A DNA stretch of 32,000 bases from Nanobdellota archaeon (GTDB lineage Archaea > Nanobdellota > Nanobdellia > Parvarchaeales > Parvarchaeaceae). Shown in pieces: positions 17,062-25,280 of this stretch. The position numbers and the translations under genes are program-made. Numbering within the stretch: the first letter of the stretch is position 1; every line of letters starts with the position of its first letter. The notes under the pieces are model-generated. The model was given only the letters and a program-made list of their open reading frames with translations, was not told the origin of the DNA and ran no database searches. The stretch is from NCBI GenBank assembly GCA_021797085.1, contig JAKAAG010000009.1, forward strand, positions 1 to 32,000. Direction: 5' to 3'.

Positions 17062-17703
17062 ATGGCAGGGATATTCTTTCCAACGGTTCCAAACCTTGTA
17101 ACTGTTGATAACTACAGCAACAGGCTTAACATGCTAATACAAACAAGAGTTGTCTATCCTCATAATTTTTCAAACACAAAAAAAGAGTTTAAGCTTCTTT
17201 ACTCCGAAACAATACATTCATTTCTTTATGGGTGCCCAGATGCGGCATTGTCCTTAGCCGTTAGATGCTTAGAACAGGGTTTAAAACACTACTTAAATGA
17301 GAGCAATATAAAAGAAATACACTACAAGGACAAAAACAACAATAGAAGAGTCATAAAATTAAGCTATGCAAGGCTTTTTGATTTAATCCAATGCGACGAA
17401 AACCCGGTAAAGGACAAGGAGATACTGCAGTATCTTAAATCACTTAGGAACTATACTCATGAGGATAAATTAGTTGAAGATTTCCATGCATTGGAAGCTA
17501 TAAGGCATGTGACCGACGTTTTAAACGAGCTTTTTTCATTCAAAACACTGACTATAACGGTAGAAACATGCCGTTTATGTGGACAAAAACACAGCATAGA
17601 TATAGACTCAAAGGATTATTTCATAGGCAACAGGATAATGCTGAAATGCCCTAATAGTTCAGAGTACTTCAACAACATCGGTGAGTTTATTGTAGATATA
17701 TAA
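17062..17703 (+). CDS. hypothetical protein: helical DUF4145/HEPN-like region plus C-terminal CxxC..C zinc-ribbon-like tail
   Basis: YGCPDAALSLAVRCLEQGLKHYL ... LKSLRNYTHEDKLVEDFHALEAIRHVTDVLNELF resembles the two conserved helices of DUF4145/HEPN proteins. The tail is CRLCGQKH...LKCPNS. The homology call is weak. Confidence 0.3.
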   Translation: MAGIFFPTVPNLVTVDNYSNRLNMLIQTRVVYPHNFSNTKKEFKLLYSETIHSFLYGCPDAALSLAVRCLEQGLKHYLNESNIKEIHYKDKNNNRRVIKLSYARLFDLIQCDENPVKDKEILQYLKSLRNYTHEDKLVEDFHALEAIRHVTDVLNELFSFKTLTITVETCRLCGQKHSIDIDSKDYFIGNRIMLKCPNSSEYFNNIGEFIVDI

Positions 17704-17776
17704 TGAAAATAAAGCAGGGTTGAATTTCACAACCCCAAATAAAGGAATGTTAATTCTTTGCAGAATCACCAAAAAA

Positions 17777-18094
17777 TTACTGCTGGCTACTTTGATTCTG
17801 CTGCGGTTCTTCCGAAGGATTTTCAGGATTTGCTTCTGCACCGGCGTTTGAATCCGCCGTAGTTTCCTGCTTTTCCTCTTCAGGTTTTTCCGAAACACTT
17901 GGCTGCACAGTCTCCTGTTCCTCAGAATTCTGCTGTTGTTCCTGAGGCTGCTCGGCAGTCTGTCCTTCAGCACTTTGCTGAGGCTCCTGCTGCTCAGGCT
18001 GCATGTGCACCTTCATGTGTTCCTCGAGTTCTTCCTTGGTCTTGAACTCTTCTCCGCATGTTTCACACTTAAATTTTCTGTGGAATAATTCCAT
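17777..18094 (-). CDS. C2H2 zinc-finger protein with long acidic Q/E/P-rich disordered tail
   Basis: FKCETCGEEFKTKEELEEHMKVH is an exact C-x2-C-x12-H-x3-H pattern. The remaining ~75 aa are low-complexity Q/E/P/S. A minus-strand TTTTATAT box at 18115-18122 lies about 24 nt upstream. Confidence 0.7.
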   Translation of the reverse strand: MELFHRKFKCETCGEEFKTKEELEEHMKVHMQPEQQEPQQSAEGQTAEQPQEQQQNSEEQETVQPSVSEKPEEEKQETTADSNAGAEANPENPSEEPQQNQSSQQ

Positions 18095-18193
18095 ATTACT
18101 TTAAACAGTTAATCATATAAAAGTGTTTGGCAAATTTTAATCAAAAACTGTAAATTTTTCAATAATTTTTAATAAATTCAACGTTTAAAGAAA

Positions 18194-18200
18194 TTTAAAT
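18194..18200 (+). promoter_or_regulatory. TATA-like box
   Basis: TTTAAAT lies 21-27 nt upstream of ATG 18221, within the divergent 18095-18220 AT-rich spacer. Confidence 0.35.
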
Positions 18201-18220
18201 TGATAATAACATAATAAAAA

Positions 18221-19006
18221 ATGGTATACTATTCACAGGTCAATAAAAAGGAAATTTTAATTGAAGAGTTTGGCGTTGAAAAGCTAACAAAAAGGGTTAT
18301 AGTCTGCCCAATAGAATGGAATAGAGTATTCCCGGATGATTGGATTGACAGACTAAAAAAGAAGTACAAGGTTGAAACCTTTAAAACTGGCGATAGACAT
18401 CTGAGTAAAATAGAAAAGAATTACAGGATAAAAGACACACTCTTCCTTTTCATAAACAGAGGTGTGGCAGAAGCAACTGACAGATTTTACATATTGGCTA
18501 AAAATCCAAAGGTTAAAGATATCATATTTTTAGGGACCGCTGCGTCGTTAGTTGATGACTTAGATGCAGGAGACATAAATATACCGAAATTTGTCCTTCC
18601 TTGGGAAGAACTGAGCTCAGAATATGTTAACGCATTCGAATTCTTGCCAGTTGGAAACACTGAGCTGATTAATAATCTTACAAAAAGAGCAAAAAAGTAC
18701 GCGCAGACATATAATCTAAAAGTTAAGAATGATAACCATGCAACCGTAGAACTATTCTACGGAGAAACAGTCGAATTGTTGAAATTCTTCAAACAGATGA
18801 GTATCTCTACGATAGACATGGAGCTATCTGCTTTATACCGGTTGGCTGCAGCTTTTGGTAAGAAAGCAGCAGGTATACTAGAAGTCGGCGATAGACCGTT
18901 GCATAAGGAAGAATTCTTCTCTCAAAAGCACAAAAACAAGAAAAACAGAAGAAACGAAAGCAAAGAGGTTATTTTTAAAATTGTTGAGTCGCTATTACAA
19001 AATTAG
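18221..19006 (+). CDS. nucleoside phosphorylase superfamily (PNP/UDP-1 fold) protein
   Basis: IIFLGTAASLVDDLDAGDINIP and STIDMELSALYRLAAAFGKKAAGILEVGDRP match the two conserved blocks of the PNP_UDP_1 fold. The tail is basic. Confidence 0.5.
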   Translation: MVYYSQVNKKEILIEEFGVEKLTKRVIVCPIEWNRVFPDDWIDRLKKKYKVETFKTGDRHLSKIEKNYRIKDTLFLFINRGVAEATDRFYILAKNPKVKDIIFLGTAASLVDDLDAGDINIPKFVLPWEELSSEYVNAFEFLPVGNTELINNLTKRAKKYAQTYNLKVKNDNHATVELFYGETVELLKFFKQMSISTIDMELSALYRLAAAFGKKAAGILEVGDRPLHKEEFFSQKHKNKKNRRNESKEVIFKIVESLLQN

Positions 19007-19015
19007 AAAATTTAA

Positions 19016-19585
19016 ATGCTGAAAGATAAAAATAATATAATGAACTTGGAAAAAGGAACATTGCATAAGAGCAAAGACGGCACCCTCATTTTATTACGTT
19101 ATCCTTATAAAAATGATTCAATTCAATTGATGAACTTTATAAATGAATTAGTTGAAGAGCATGCACCCATAGGCGCAAATGCAAAAGTAAATAGAAAAGA
19201 GGAGGAAGAACACGTTAAAAAGGCTATAAAAGAGATTAAGGAAAAAAATAGGATTCAATTTTTAGCAGAAGCCGACAATAACCTGGTAGGGAATGTCCAA
19301 ATAAAGAGATTGCATGGAAAATCGATGCATGTTGGAGAGTTGGGCATCTTTATAAAAAAAGGATACAGAGACAAGGGAATAGGTAAATTGATGATCCAGC
19401 AAGCATTGAAATATGCACGTAAAGAAGGAATAAAAATCGTAACGCTATCTGTTTTTGCAAACAATTATAGAGCAATACACTTATATAAAAAATTGGGCTT
19501 TAAAAAAGCAGGTTTACTGAAAAGGACTCTAAAAGATAAAGGTAGGTATTTCGATGAAATTATAATGTTGAAGGACATGGGTTAA
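19016..19585 (+). CDS. GNAT family N-acetyltransferase
   Basis: Motif A is IFIKKGYRDKGIGKLMIQQALKYARKEG. Motif B is AIHLYKKLGFKKAG. Confidence 0.8.
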   Translation: MLKDKNNIMNLEKGTLHKSKDGTLILLRYPYKNDSIQLMNFINELVEEHAPIGANAKVNRKEEEEHVKKAIKEIKEKNRIQFLAEADNNLVGNVQIKRLHGKSMHVGELGIFIKKGYRDKGIGKLMIQQALKYARKEGIKIVTLSVFANNYRAIHLYKKLGFKKAGLLKRTLKDKGRYFDEIIMLKDMG

Positions 19586-19695
19586 AAGTAGAATATATAT
19601 CATTTACCAAACGTTAATATTTAAAAGTAAAAGGTATACTCCATTAAATAAACTACATAAGATTAATTTAAACTTAAATACCTAAATTAAATAGA

Positions 19696-20400
19696 ATGAT
19701 AATGGCAGAGTACCCCAATGTCAGCTTTGAGATCTCTAAGGAAAAAGATGAAAGAGTATGTGTGGAACATTCTAATGGTATGCCCTTAAAAATAAGCGGA
19801 AAGGCAAAGATCATAAAATACGTTGAGGGCACTTACAAACTACGACTAAATGATATAGAAGCAAGCAGGCAGTTGCTGCAAATCGAGTGGGGCAAGGTCC
19901 ATTCTGAAGTCATGAAAAGGCTACGGGAGATTATGGACATTGAATGGCCCGATAAAAATATCACTGGAATTATGACCCTCAATGAAATCTGCCCCAGATA
20001 TTTAGATACTTGGTCGTTTTTCGTTGAAGCGTTTGCAAACGTTGAAGCACAAAAAGGTATATGTCTGCATGAAATAACCCATTTTCTTTTCTTTGAGAAA
20101 TGGAAGCAGGTATTTAAGAATTTCAACGAAAAAGAGTTAGATAAGCCGGGATTAGCATGGAACCTTAGTGAAATACTTGTTGAACCGATAAATGAAGATA
20201 CTATTCTAAAAAGATTAGTACCTAGTACTGCAAAAGCCTATGAAAGATATTACAAAACGAAAATAAAGGAAGAAGATGAAAGCATAATGGATCATTTTAG
20301 AAAAATATATGCAGATTACAATTCAGATTTTGCTGAACTCTTGAAAACAAGCTACGATGAAATAAAGCACCTGAAGTCAATGAATATACCTGGGATATAA
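19696..20400 (+). CDS. hypothetical protein with HExxH motif (possible zinc metallopeptidase-like)
   Basis: GICLHEITHFLFF contains HEITH. I recognise no other family signature. Confidence 0.3.
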   Translation: MIMAEYPNVSFEISKEKDERVCVEHSNGMPLKISGKAKIIKYVEGTYKLRLNDIEASRQLLQIEWGKVHSEVMKRLREIMDIEWPDKNITGIMTLNEICPRYLDTWSFFVEAFANVEAQKGICLHEITHFLFFEKWKQVFKNFNEKELDKPGLAWNLSEILVEPINEDTILKRLVPSTAKAYERYYKTKIKEEDESIMDHFRKIYADYNSDFAELLKTSYDEIKHLKSMNIPGI

Positions 20401-20587
20401 ACTTTTTTGATTAGACTTATCTATAATCTAAACCGATAAAAATGGTTAAGGAAAAAGAAAACTTTAAATACCTGCAGCATTCACATAGTTAAATGAAATC
20501 GCTTAAAAGTATAGAGGCATGCGGTCCGATGACAACCGCTTTGGTTCATAGATAGAATCAAAGATACAGATATACTTGATTTTATAG

Positions 20588-20647
20588 CGTTTTCTTCTTT
20601 TCGAATATTTCTAAGATCTAGAGCTACTGCTAATTCTCGTTTTCTTC
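20588..20647 (+). repeat. exact 10-nt direct repeat CGTTTTCTTC x2 in a pyrimidine-rich leader
   Basis: CGTTTTCTTC occurs at 20588-20597 and 20638-20647. The second copy forms part of the small hairpin TTCGG-GTTTTTG-CCGAA (20645-20661), just upstream of the SD at 20672-20678. Confidence 0.5.
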
Positions 20648-20683
20648 GGGTTTTTGCCGAAATTAAAAAACAGGAGGTATAAA

Positions 20684-20782
20684 ATGGAAAACAAAGGAAA
20701 GGAAAAACAGAAATCAACAAAAATTGGCAGCTTGAATGACATGCTGTCACAAAACAGCGATTTTGTTCATATCAGAAGCTAA
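20684..20782 (+). CDS. small ORF, 32 codons, SD-led (MENKGKEKQKSTKIGSLNDMLSQNSDFVHIRS)
   Basis: AGGAGGT (20672-20678) lies 5 nt before ATG 20684. The ORF is below the track cutoff. It overlaps the ATG (20736) of the downstream GNAT in another frame. Confidence 0.35.
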   Translation: MENKGKEKQKSTKIGSLNDMLSQNSDFVHIRS

Positions 20783-21470
20783 AAATGGCTTTTACATAAG
20801 AGATTACAAAGAAAAGGACCTTGCCGGGATCTATGCAGTTTATAAATCTGCATTCTCCGAGGAGCCTTGGAACGAGTACAAAAAATGCAGCTTATGCAAG
20901 GTTAATTATGGAATAAAGGAAAGCGATAACCCTGCAGAAAACTGTAAAAAGTGCGGCAAACCACTGAAACTGGAAGATTACTGGACTGAAAAGGACGTAA
21001 ATGAAGACATAAATTACGCAAAATCCAAGGAATGGAATTCTGTACTTGTTGCGGATTCAAGTAATGAAATACTGGGATTTACATGGGCATACAAGGTTAA
21101 CCTTGAAAAAGATATGAGTTTTCTTAAAAAAGCGCAGAATATAGACTGCTCAAAAAAGATAATTTATGTCGATGAAGTTGCTACAGCTGCCAACTCCCGC
21201 GGTAAAGGAGTAGCGACTGAACTGGAAAAGAAACTGTTTTCTAGGGCCGAAAACGCAGGCTTTGAGTATGTAATCTTAAGAACCGACGAAAGAAACACCG
21301 CTGCAATGAATCTGTACAGGAAACTTGGCTTTGAAAAGTTACGTTACGGCGTATCAGAAACCAATACGAATAGATACGCATATGACCCTGAATTTAATTC
21401 TAGGATTTACCTAGTAAAGAAACTTATGCCAAGCAAAAATTTCGGAGGAAACGAAGAACGCAAGTTGTAG
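20736..21470 (+). CDS. GNAT N-acetyltransferase with inserted CxxC...CxxC zinc ribbon
   Basis: FYIRDYKEKDLAGIYAVYKSAFSEEPWNE. The inserted ribbon is CSLCKVNYGIKESDNPAENCKKCG. Motif A is VATAANSRGKGVATELEKKL, and the tail is AMNLYRKLGFEKL. The start is uncertain. Confidence 0.75.
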   Translation: MTCCHKTAILFISEAKNGFYIRDYKEKDLAGIYAVYKSAFSEEPWNEYKKCSLCKVNYGIKESDNPAENCKKCGKPLKLEDYWTEKDVNEDINYAKSKEWNSVLVADSSNEILGFTWAYKVNLEKDMSFLKKAQNIDCSKKIIYVDEVATAANSRGKGVATELEKKLFSRAENAGFEYVILRTDERNTAAMNLYRKLGFEKLRYGVSETNTNRYAYDPEFNSRIYLVKKLMPSKNFGGNEERKL

Positions 21471-21478
21471 TGGATTCT

Positions 21479-21519
21479 GGACCGCCTCCGCAAGTATGGG
21501 GGCGGCCCTACCCTTTTTT
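21479..21519 (+). terminator. GC-rich hairpin plus T6 tract
   Basis: GGACCGCC (21479-21486) pairs with GGCGGCCC (21501-21508) with one A-C mismatch. TTTTTT at 21514-21519 follows. The hairpin begins 9 nt after the GNAT stop. Confidence 0.45.
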
Positions 21520-21522
21520 GAC

Positions 21523-22548
21523 ATGGAAGAAAAAAATATTGCTAAATTAACGATGGATCTCGTAAAAATACCGTCTATTTCCGGGCAGGAAATGGAAGTG
21601 GGTAATTTTTTGAAAGATCTGCTAGCTAAGGATTTCACCGTAAAAACGCAGAAAGTTGGGAATAGAATCAATGTTTTTGCTTTTGCTGGTAGGCCCAAAT
21701 TACTGCTCACAACGCACATGGACACTGTTCCAGGAACGCTGAAAATTGCAGAAGACTCTAAATTTATCTATGGTAGAGGCTCGTGTGACGCCAAAGGCGC
21801 TATAGCCGCAATGGTTTCTGCAGCGTGGGATGCTTTGGAAAGTGGACTAAATGATTTTTGCCTGCTTTTTGATGTAGACGAAGAAAACGAATTTGAAGGC
21901 ATAAAAAAGGCAATTAAAATGGTAAATCCTGGATTTGTAGTGGTCGGTGAACCCTCATCTCTTAAGCTAGTAAACGGACAAAAAGGCCTTTTGCAATTTG
22001 ATTTAAGCCAAAAAGGAAAGGCAGCTCCTGCTTCCCTGCCACAGACTGGTTCTTCTGCAATAACTAAACTACTATTTGACTTAACAGGGATTATCAGAAT
22101 TAAACCGCCAGAAAATAAATTTCTTGGAAAAACGACAATTAATATCGGCAAAATAATTGGGGGACAAGCGGCAAATGTTATACCTGACTATGCATCTGCA
22201 AAAATTGATGTTAGAACTGTAAGTAGAAACAGTGAAATAAAGCAACTTTTTAGAAAAGCTGCTATTAACGGAAAACTGAAAACAGAGCTGGATTTTGAGC
22301 CGGTATTCAATGATTTATATGACCTTCCAAAGCTGCTAGGGCTTAAAACGAGGATAGCTTCCTATTTTACAGAGATGTATTTCTGGAGAAAAAAGGCAAA
22401 TACGGTTGTTTTCGGACCAGGAGATTACAGATATGCACACTCTACATTTGAGAAGGTATCTAAAAGAGAATTGTTAAAAGCAGCTGAAAACTACCTTGAA
22501 ATTATAAAGCTTGATTCAAAGGGCATGCTTCCTAGCAATCATCCATAA
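21523..22548 (+). CDS. M20 family metallopeptidase (ArgE/DapE/LysK-like deacylase)
   Basis: IPSISGQE, THMDTVPG, GRGSCDAKG, DVDEENEFEG and GPGDYRYAHSTFE. I prefer the start at MEEKNI because the upstream part of the track ORF is the hairpin and T tract. Confidence 0.8.
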   Translation: MEEKNIAKLTMDLVKIPSISGQEMEVGNFLKDLLAKDFTVKTQKVGNRINVFAFAGRPKLLLTTHMDTVPGTLKIAEDSKFIYGRGSCDAKGAIAAMVSAAWDALESGLNDFCLLFDVDEENEFEGIKKAIKMVNPGFVVVGEPSSLKLVNGQKGLLQFDLSQKGKAAPASLPQTGSSAITKLLFDLTGIIRIKPPENKFLGKTTINIGKIIGGQAANVIPDYASAKIDVRTVSRNSEIKQLFRKAAINGKLKTELDFEPVFNDLYDLPKLLGLKTRIASYFTEMYFWRKKANTVVFGPGDYRYAHSTFEKVSKRELLKAAENYLEIIKLDSKGMLPSNHP

Positions 22549-22581
22549 TTTTTGGTCATTTATCTTAGAACCAATTAAGAA

Positions 22582-22588
22582 TTAAATA
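22582..22588 (+). promoter_or_regulatory. TATA-like box
   Basis: TTAAATA lies 22-28 nt upstream of ATG 22610. Confidence 0.35.
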
Positions 22589-22609
22589 CTACACAGGTTT
22601 TAATCAATT

Positions 22610-23563
22610 ATGGAAAATCTCGCCATAAGAATAAGGAACTTGAGTAAGATTTATGAAAACGGCGGGAAGGTAACAAAAGCGCTAAAAAATATAAATCTAG
22701 ATATAAAAGAAGGTGAAATATTGGGCGTACTCGGCCCAAATGGTGCAGGAAAAACTACTTTGATAAACATTTTGGCAACATTGCTTATTCCTGATAAAGG
22801 CACTATCAATGCATTCGGCATAGATGTGTTGAAGGAATCAAACAAGCTTAGAGAAATTATAGGATACGCTGGACAAGACAGCGAAAAATCTGCGTATTAC
22901 AGACTTACTGCTTTCGAAACTTTGGTTTATTTTGCATACACGTTTAGAGATGTGAAAAAAGAGGACATAGAAAGAGAAATAAGATATATAAGCAAAAAGA
23001 TAGGCTTCTCACGAAAATTAAACAGCCAGTTCTCTACATTATCTGGGGGCGAAAAACAAGCTACCGTTATAATGCGTGCATTGGTCCATAAACCAAGACT
23101 GTGCTTCCTTGATGAGCCTTCAAAGTCACTTGATCCAGTAACAGCCAAAAAATTCAGAGCTTTTTTGAAAGCTTTTGTAAGAAAAGAAAATATCACAACG
23201 ATAGTCACAACCCACAATATGTCTGAGGCAGAGGAGATATGTGATAGAATCGTGCTAATAGACAAAGGCAGAATAAAATTTATTGGTACTCCATTGGAAT
23301 TCAAAAATATCATGGATTATACCGACAAAATAACGCTTGATATGCACTTAAGTAGACCGCTGCTATCAAAACTTAAAAGGATACCTTCAGTAGTAAGAGT
23401 AAAACAGACAACTGGATCAACGGTTATATACACAAATAAAGTAAACCTGTCACTTTTGGCAGTAACCTCTATACTGAAAAATGAAAACTTAGAACCAAAA
23501 ATAACCGTAAGGAGCGCTACGGTAGAAGATGCATTCGTAAAGGTAATGGGAAATGGCAAATAA
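22610..23563 (+). CDS. ABC transporter ATP-binding protein (ABC-2/DrrA-like)
   Basis: Walker A GPNGAGKTT, signature LSGGEKQ, Walker B LCFLDEPS, H-loop TTHNM. Confidence 0.9.
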   Translation: MENLAIRIRNLSKIYENGGKVTKALKNINLDIKEGEILGVLGPNGAGKTTLINILATLLIPDKGTINAFGIDVLKESNKLREIIGYAGQDSEKSAYYRLTAFETLVYFAYTFRDVKKEDIEREIRYISKKIGFSRKLNSQFSTLSGGEKQATVIMRALVHKPRLCFLDEPSKSLDPVTAKKFRAFLKAFVRKENITTIVTTHNMSEAEEICDRIVLIDKGRIKFIGTPLEFKNIMDYTDKITLDMHLSRPLLSKLKRIPSVVRVKQTTGSTVIYTNKVNLSLLAVTSILKNENLEPKITVRSATVEDAFVKVMGNGK

Positions 23564-24368
23564 TATTAAGGAAATGTTTAAAATATTCCGCATGACCTTG
23601 TGGATGAATATTACTTTACTTAGGAGATATCATTCAAATTTCATATTCTGGGTAGTTTATGCAATAGCAAACGCAGCTTTAATGCTTCTTTTTGTGCCGC
23701 TTTATTCAGCTTCTATTTCTGCGATAGGCACTAAAAGCATAGTTTCTTTTATTCTCATAGGCGCTTCGATGCTGCCGCTTCTTGAAGAAACAGTTTCTAG
23801 TGTCGCCGGAGATGCTAACTTTCAGCTGTGGTCCGGGATTATAAACTACTCGTTTACTACCCCTGTATCTAGATATATATACTTCAGTTTAAACAACCTG
23901 TCTGAAGTAACAATCTCTCTTATGATCTATTCTCCAATTTATTTAATTGCAATAATTTTTGCCCTTAACTATTTAACCCCAATAGGTATCCTGCTTTCGG
24001 TGGTATGCTTTGTTATAGGATTTTTCAGCATGCTCCAGTTGGGGCTTATGATTGGAGCCGGAATGCTGCTTTTTAAGAGAGTAGAGGCGTTGGAGGGCAT
24101 TGTTATCCTATTTATTACATTTCTAAGCGGAGCCTTTATACCATTGCAGGTGCTGCCAAGTTCAATAAATTACGCAGCTTTATTTGTACCATTGACCTCT
24201 AGTCTTTACCTTGTAAGGTACTATCTTATTGGATCCTCATTGATAGCCCCAGTGTATTTAATGTGGATTATTACAATAAGCGAATTAATAGTATTTGCAG
24301 TAATGGCCAAGTTTATATTCAGAGCTGCTGAAAGGAAAGCAGAAAAAATTGGTTTTAACTACATATAA
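23553..24368 (+). CDS. ABC-2 type transporter permease
   Basis: Six predicted TM helices. It overlaps the ATPase gene by 11 nt, which suggests translational coupling. Confidence 0.75.
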   Translation: MANNIKEMFKIFRMTLWMNITLLRRYHSNFIFWVVYAIANAALMLLFVPLYSASISAIGTKSIVSFILIGASMLPLLEETVSSVAGDANFQLWSGIINYSFTTPVSRYIYFSLNNLSEVTISLMIYSPIYLIAIIFALNYLTPIGILLSVVCFVIGFFSMLQLGLMIGAGMLLFKRVEALEGIVILFITFLSGAFIPLQVLPSSINYAALFVPLTSSLYLVRYYLIGSSLIAPVYLMWIITISELIVFAVMAKFIFRAAERKAEKIGFNYI

Positions 24369-24407
24369 TCTGAAAATATTTAAATTTGGCTAATTACAAG
24401 TAAAGGA

Positions 24408-25178
24408 ATGAAAAAGGAAGAACTTTTAGCAATTCTTAAGTATTTGGACAGAAACTGGAATGAACCCGAAGAAGTTGAAGATGAAATGATAAAAACTTTG
24501 AATGAACATAAAATTTCAAGGCTTGTCGAATTAGGAAGGACTCCTTTACCTACAGAATACGGGCCTATGACTTACATTGTTTTTGGGGATTATGCCACTG
24601 GAAAAGAACATGATATTGCAGTTTTTGGTAAATTCAAAGGCAAAGAACTTAAATCTTATAGTTATCCTCTTGTGAGAGTTCATTCATCCTGCAGAAGCAG
24701 TGAACTTTTCCATGCAATAAACTGCGAATGCAGGCAGGAACTTGATTTAGCATTGAAACAGATGTCAAAAGAGAAAAAAGGAGTATTAATCTACTTAAAT
24801 CAGGAAGGCGCAGGAAACGGGATAAAAGCAAAACTTACAGCTTATAAAAACATCTTTAACCTTAAGAATGGAATGATTTCTGTAAAGAAGGACAAAAAAG
24901 GAAGGCAATTAAGCGTTTATGAGGGATATGCAAAGGCGGGTTACAAAAGCGAACATAGGGATTTTGGAATAGCTGCAACTATCCTTAAAACTTTAGGCAT
25001 TAATTCCGTCAGACTCATGACAAATAATCCAAATAAAATAGAAGGGCTGACTTCCAATGGCATAAGGGTAAAGCCGGTTGGGATACACATCAAACCAACA
25101 AATGAAATAATGAAAAGGAATTTAATCATGAAAGCGGAAAAACTAGGACACAATATAACAACTGATGACCTTAAATGA
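24408..25178 (+). CDS. GTP cyclohydrolase II (RibA)-like protein, divergent, with ~50-aa N-terminal extension
   Basis: LVRVHSSCRSSELFHAINCECRQELDLAL carries the three Zn cysteines. GVLIYLNQEGAGNGIKAKLTAY corresponds to EGRGIG in RibA. SVRLMTNNPNKIEGLTSNGIRV is also present. Confidence 0.65.
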   Translation: MKKEELLAILKYLDRNWNEPEEVEDEMIKTLNEHKISRLVELGRTPLPTEYGPMTYIVFGDYATGKEHDIAVFGKFKGKELKSYSYPLVRVHSSCRSSELFHAINCECRQELDLALKQMSKEKKGVLIYLNQEGAGNGIKAKLTAYKNIFNLKNGMISVKKDKKGRQLSVYEGYAKAGYKSEHRDFGIAATILKTLGINSVRLMTNNPNKIEGLTSNGIRVKPVGIHIKPTNEIMKRNLIMKAEKLGHNITTDDLK

Positions 25179-25280
25179 TTATTGCAAAAAAAGAAAGCAG
25201 TCTTAACTTTTCTTTGATTTAGTAGGTCACAATTAACTGCCCTATCAATTTAAATACATGCAGTTATCTTATAATGCTAC

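Noticed and set aside
17659-17973. 104-aa basic (R/K/S-rich) ORF in another frame of the C2H2 gene on the minus strand
   Set aside because: It is a frame-shifted reading of the repetitive CAG/GAA-rich tail region. The 17777..18094 frame contains a perfect C2H2 finger and a proper promoter.
20521-20545. Possible C/D-box sRNA (GATGA within the hairpin loop at 20521-20539)
   Set aside because: The sequence is cGATGAc, not the RUGAUGA C box. I found no CUGA D box at a suitable distance and no terminal stem.
20481-20750. 89-aa minus-strand ORF spanning the long intergenic region
   Set aside because: It has no start context (no TATA or SD) and a Cys/Phe-rich nonsense-like composition. It overlaps the plus-strand SD-led sORF and the GNAT start. 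I treat the region as a leader or regulatory region instead.
20784-20800. ATGGCTTTTACATAAGAG just downstream of the sORF. One extra T would give MAFYIRDY..., an ideal GNAT N-terminus, which hints at a frameshift or sequencing error.
   Set aside because: It requires postulating an indel. The existing in-frame ATG at 20736 already gives an intact ORF, so I keep it only as a start-site ambiguity.
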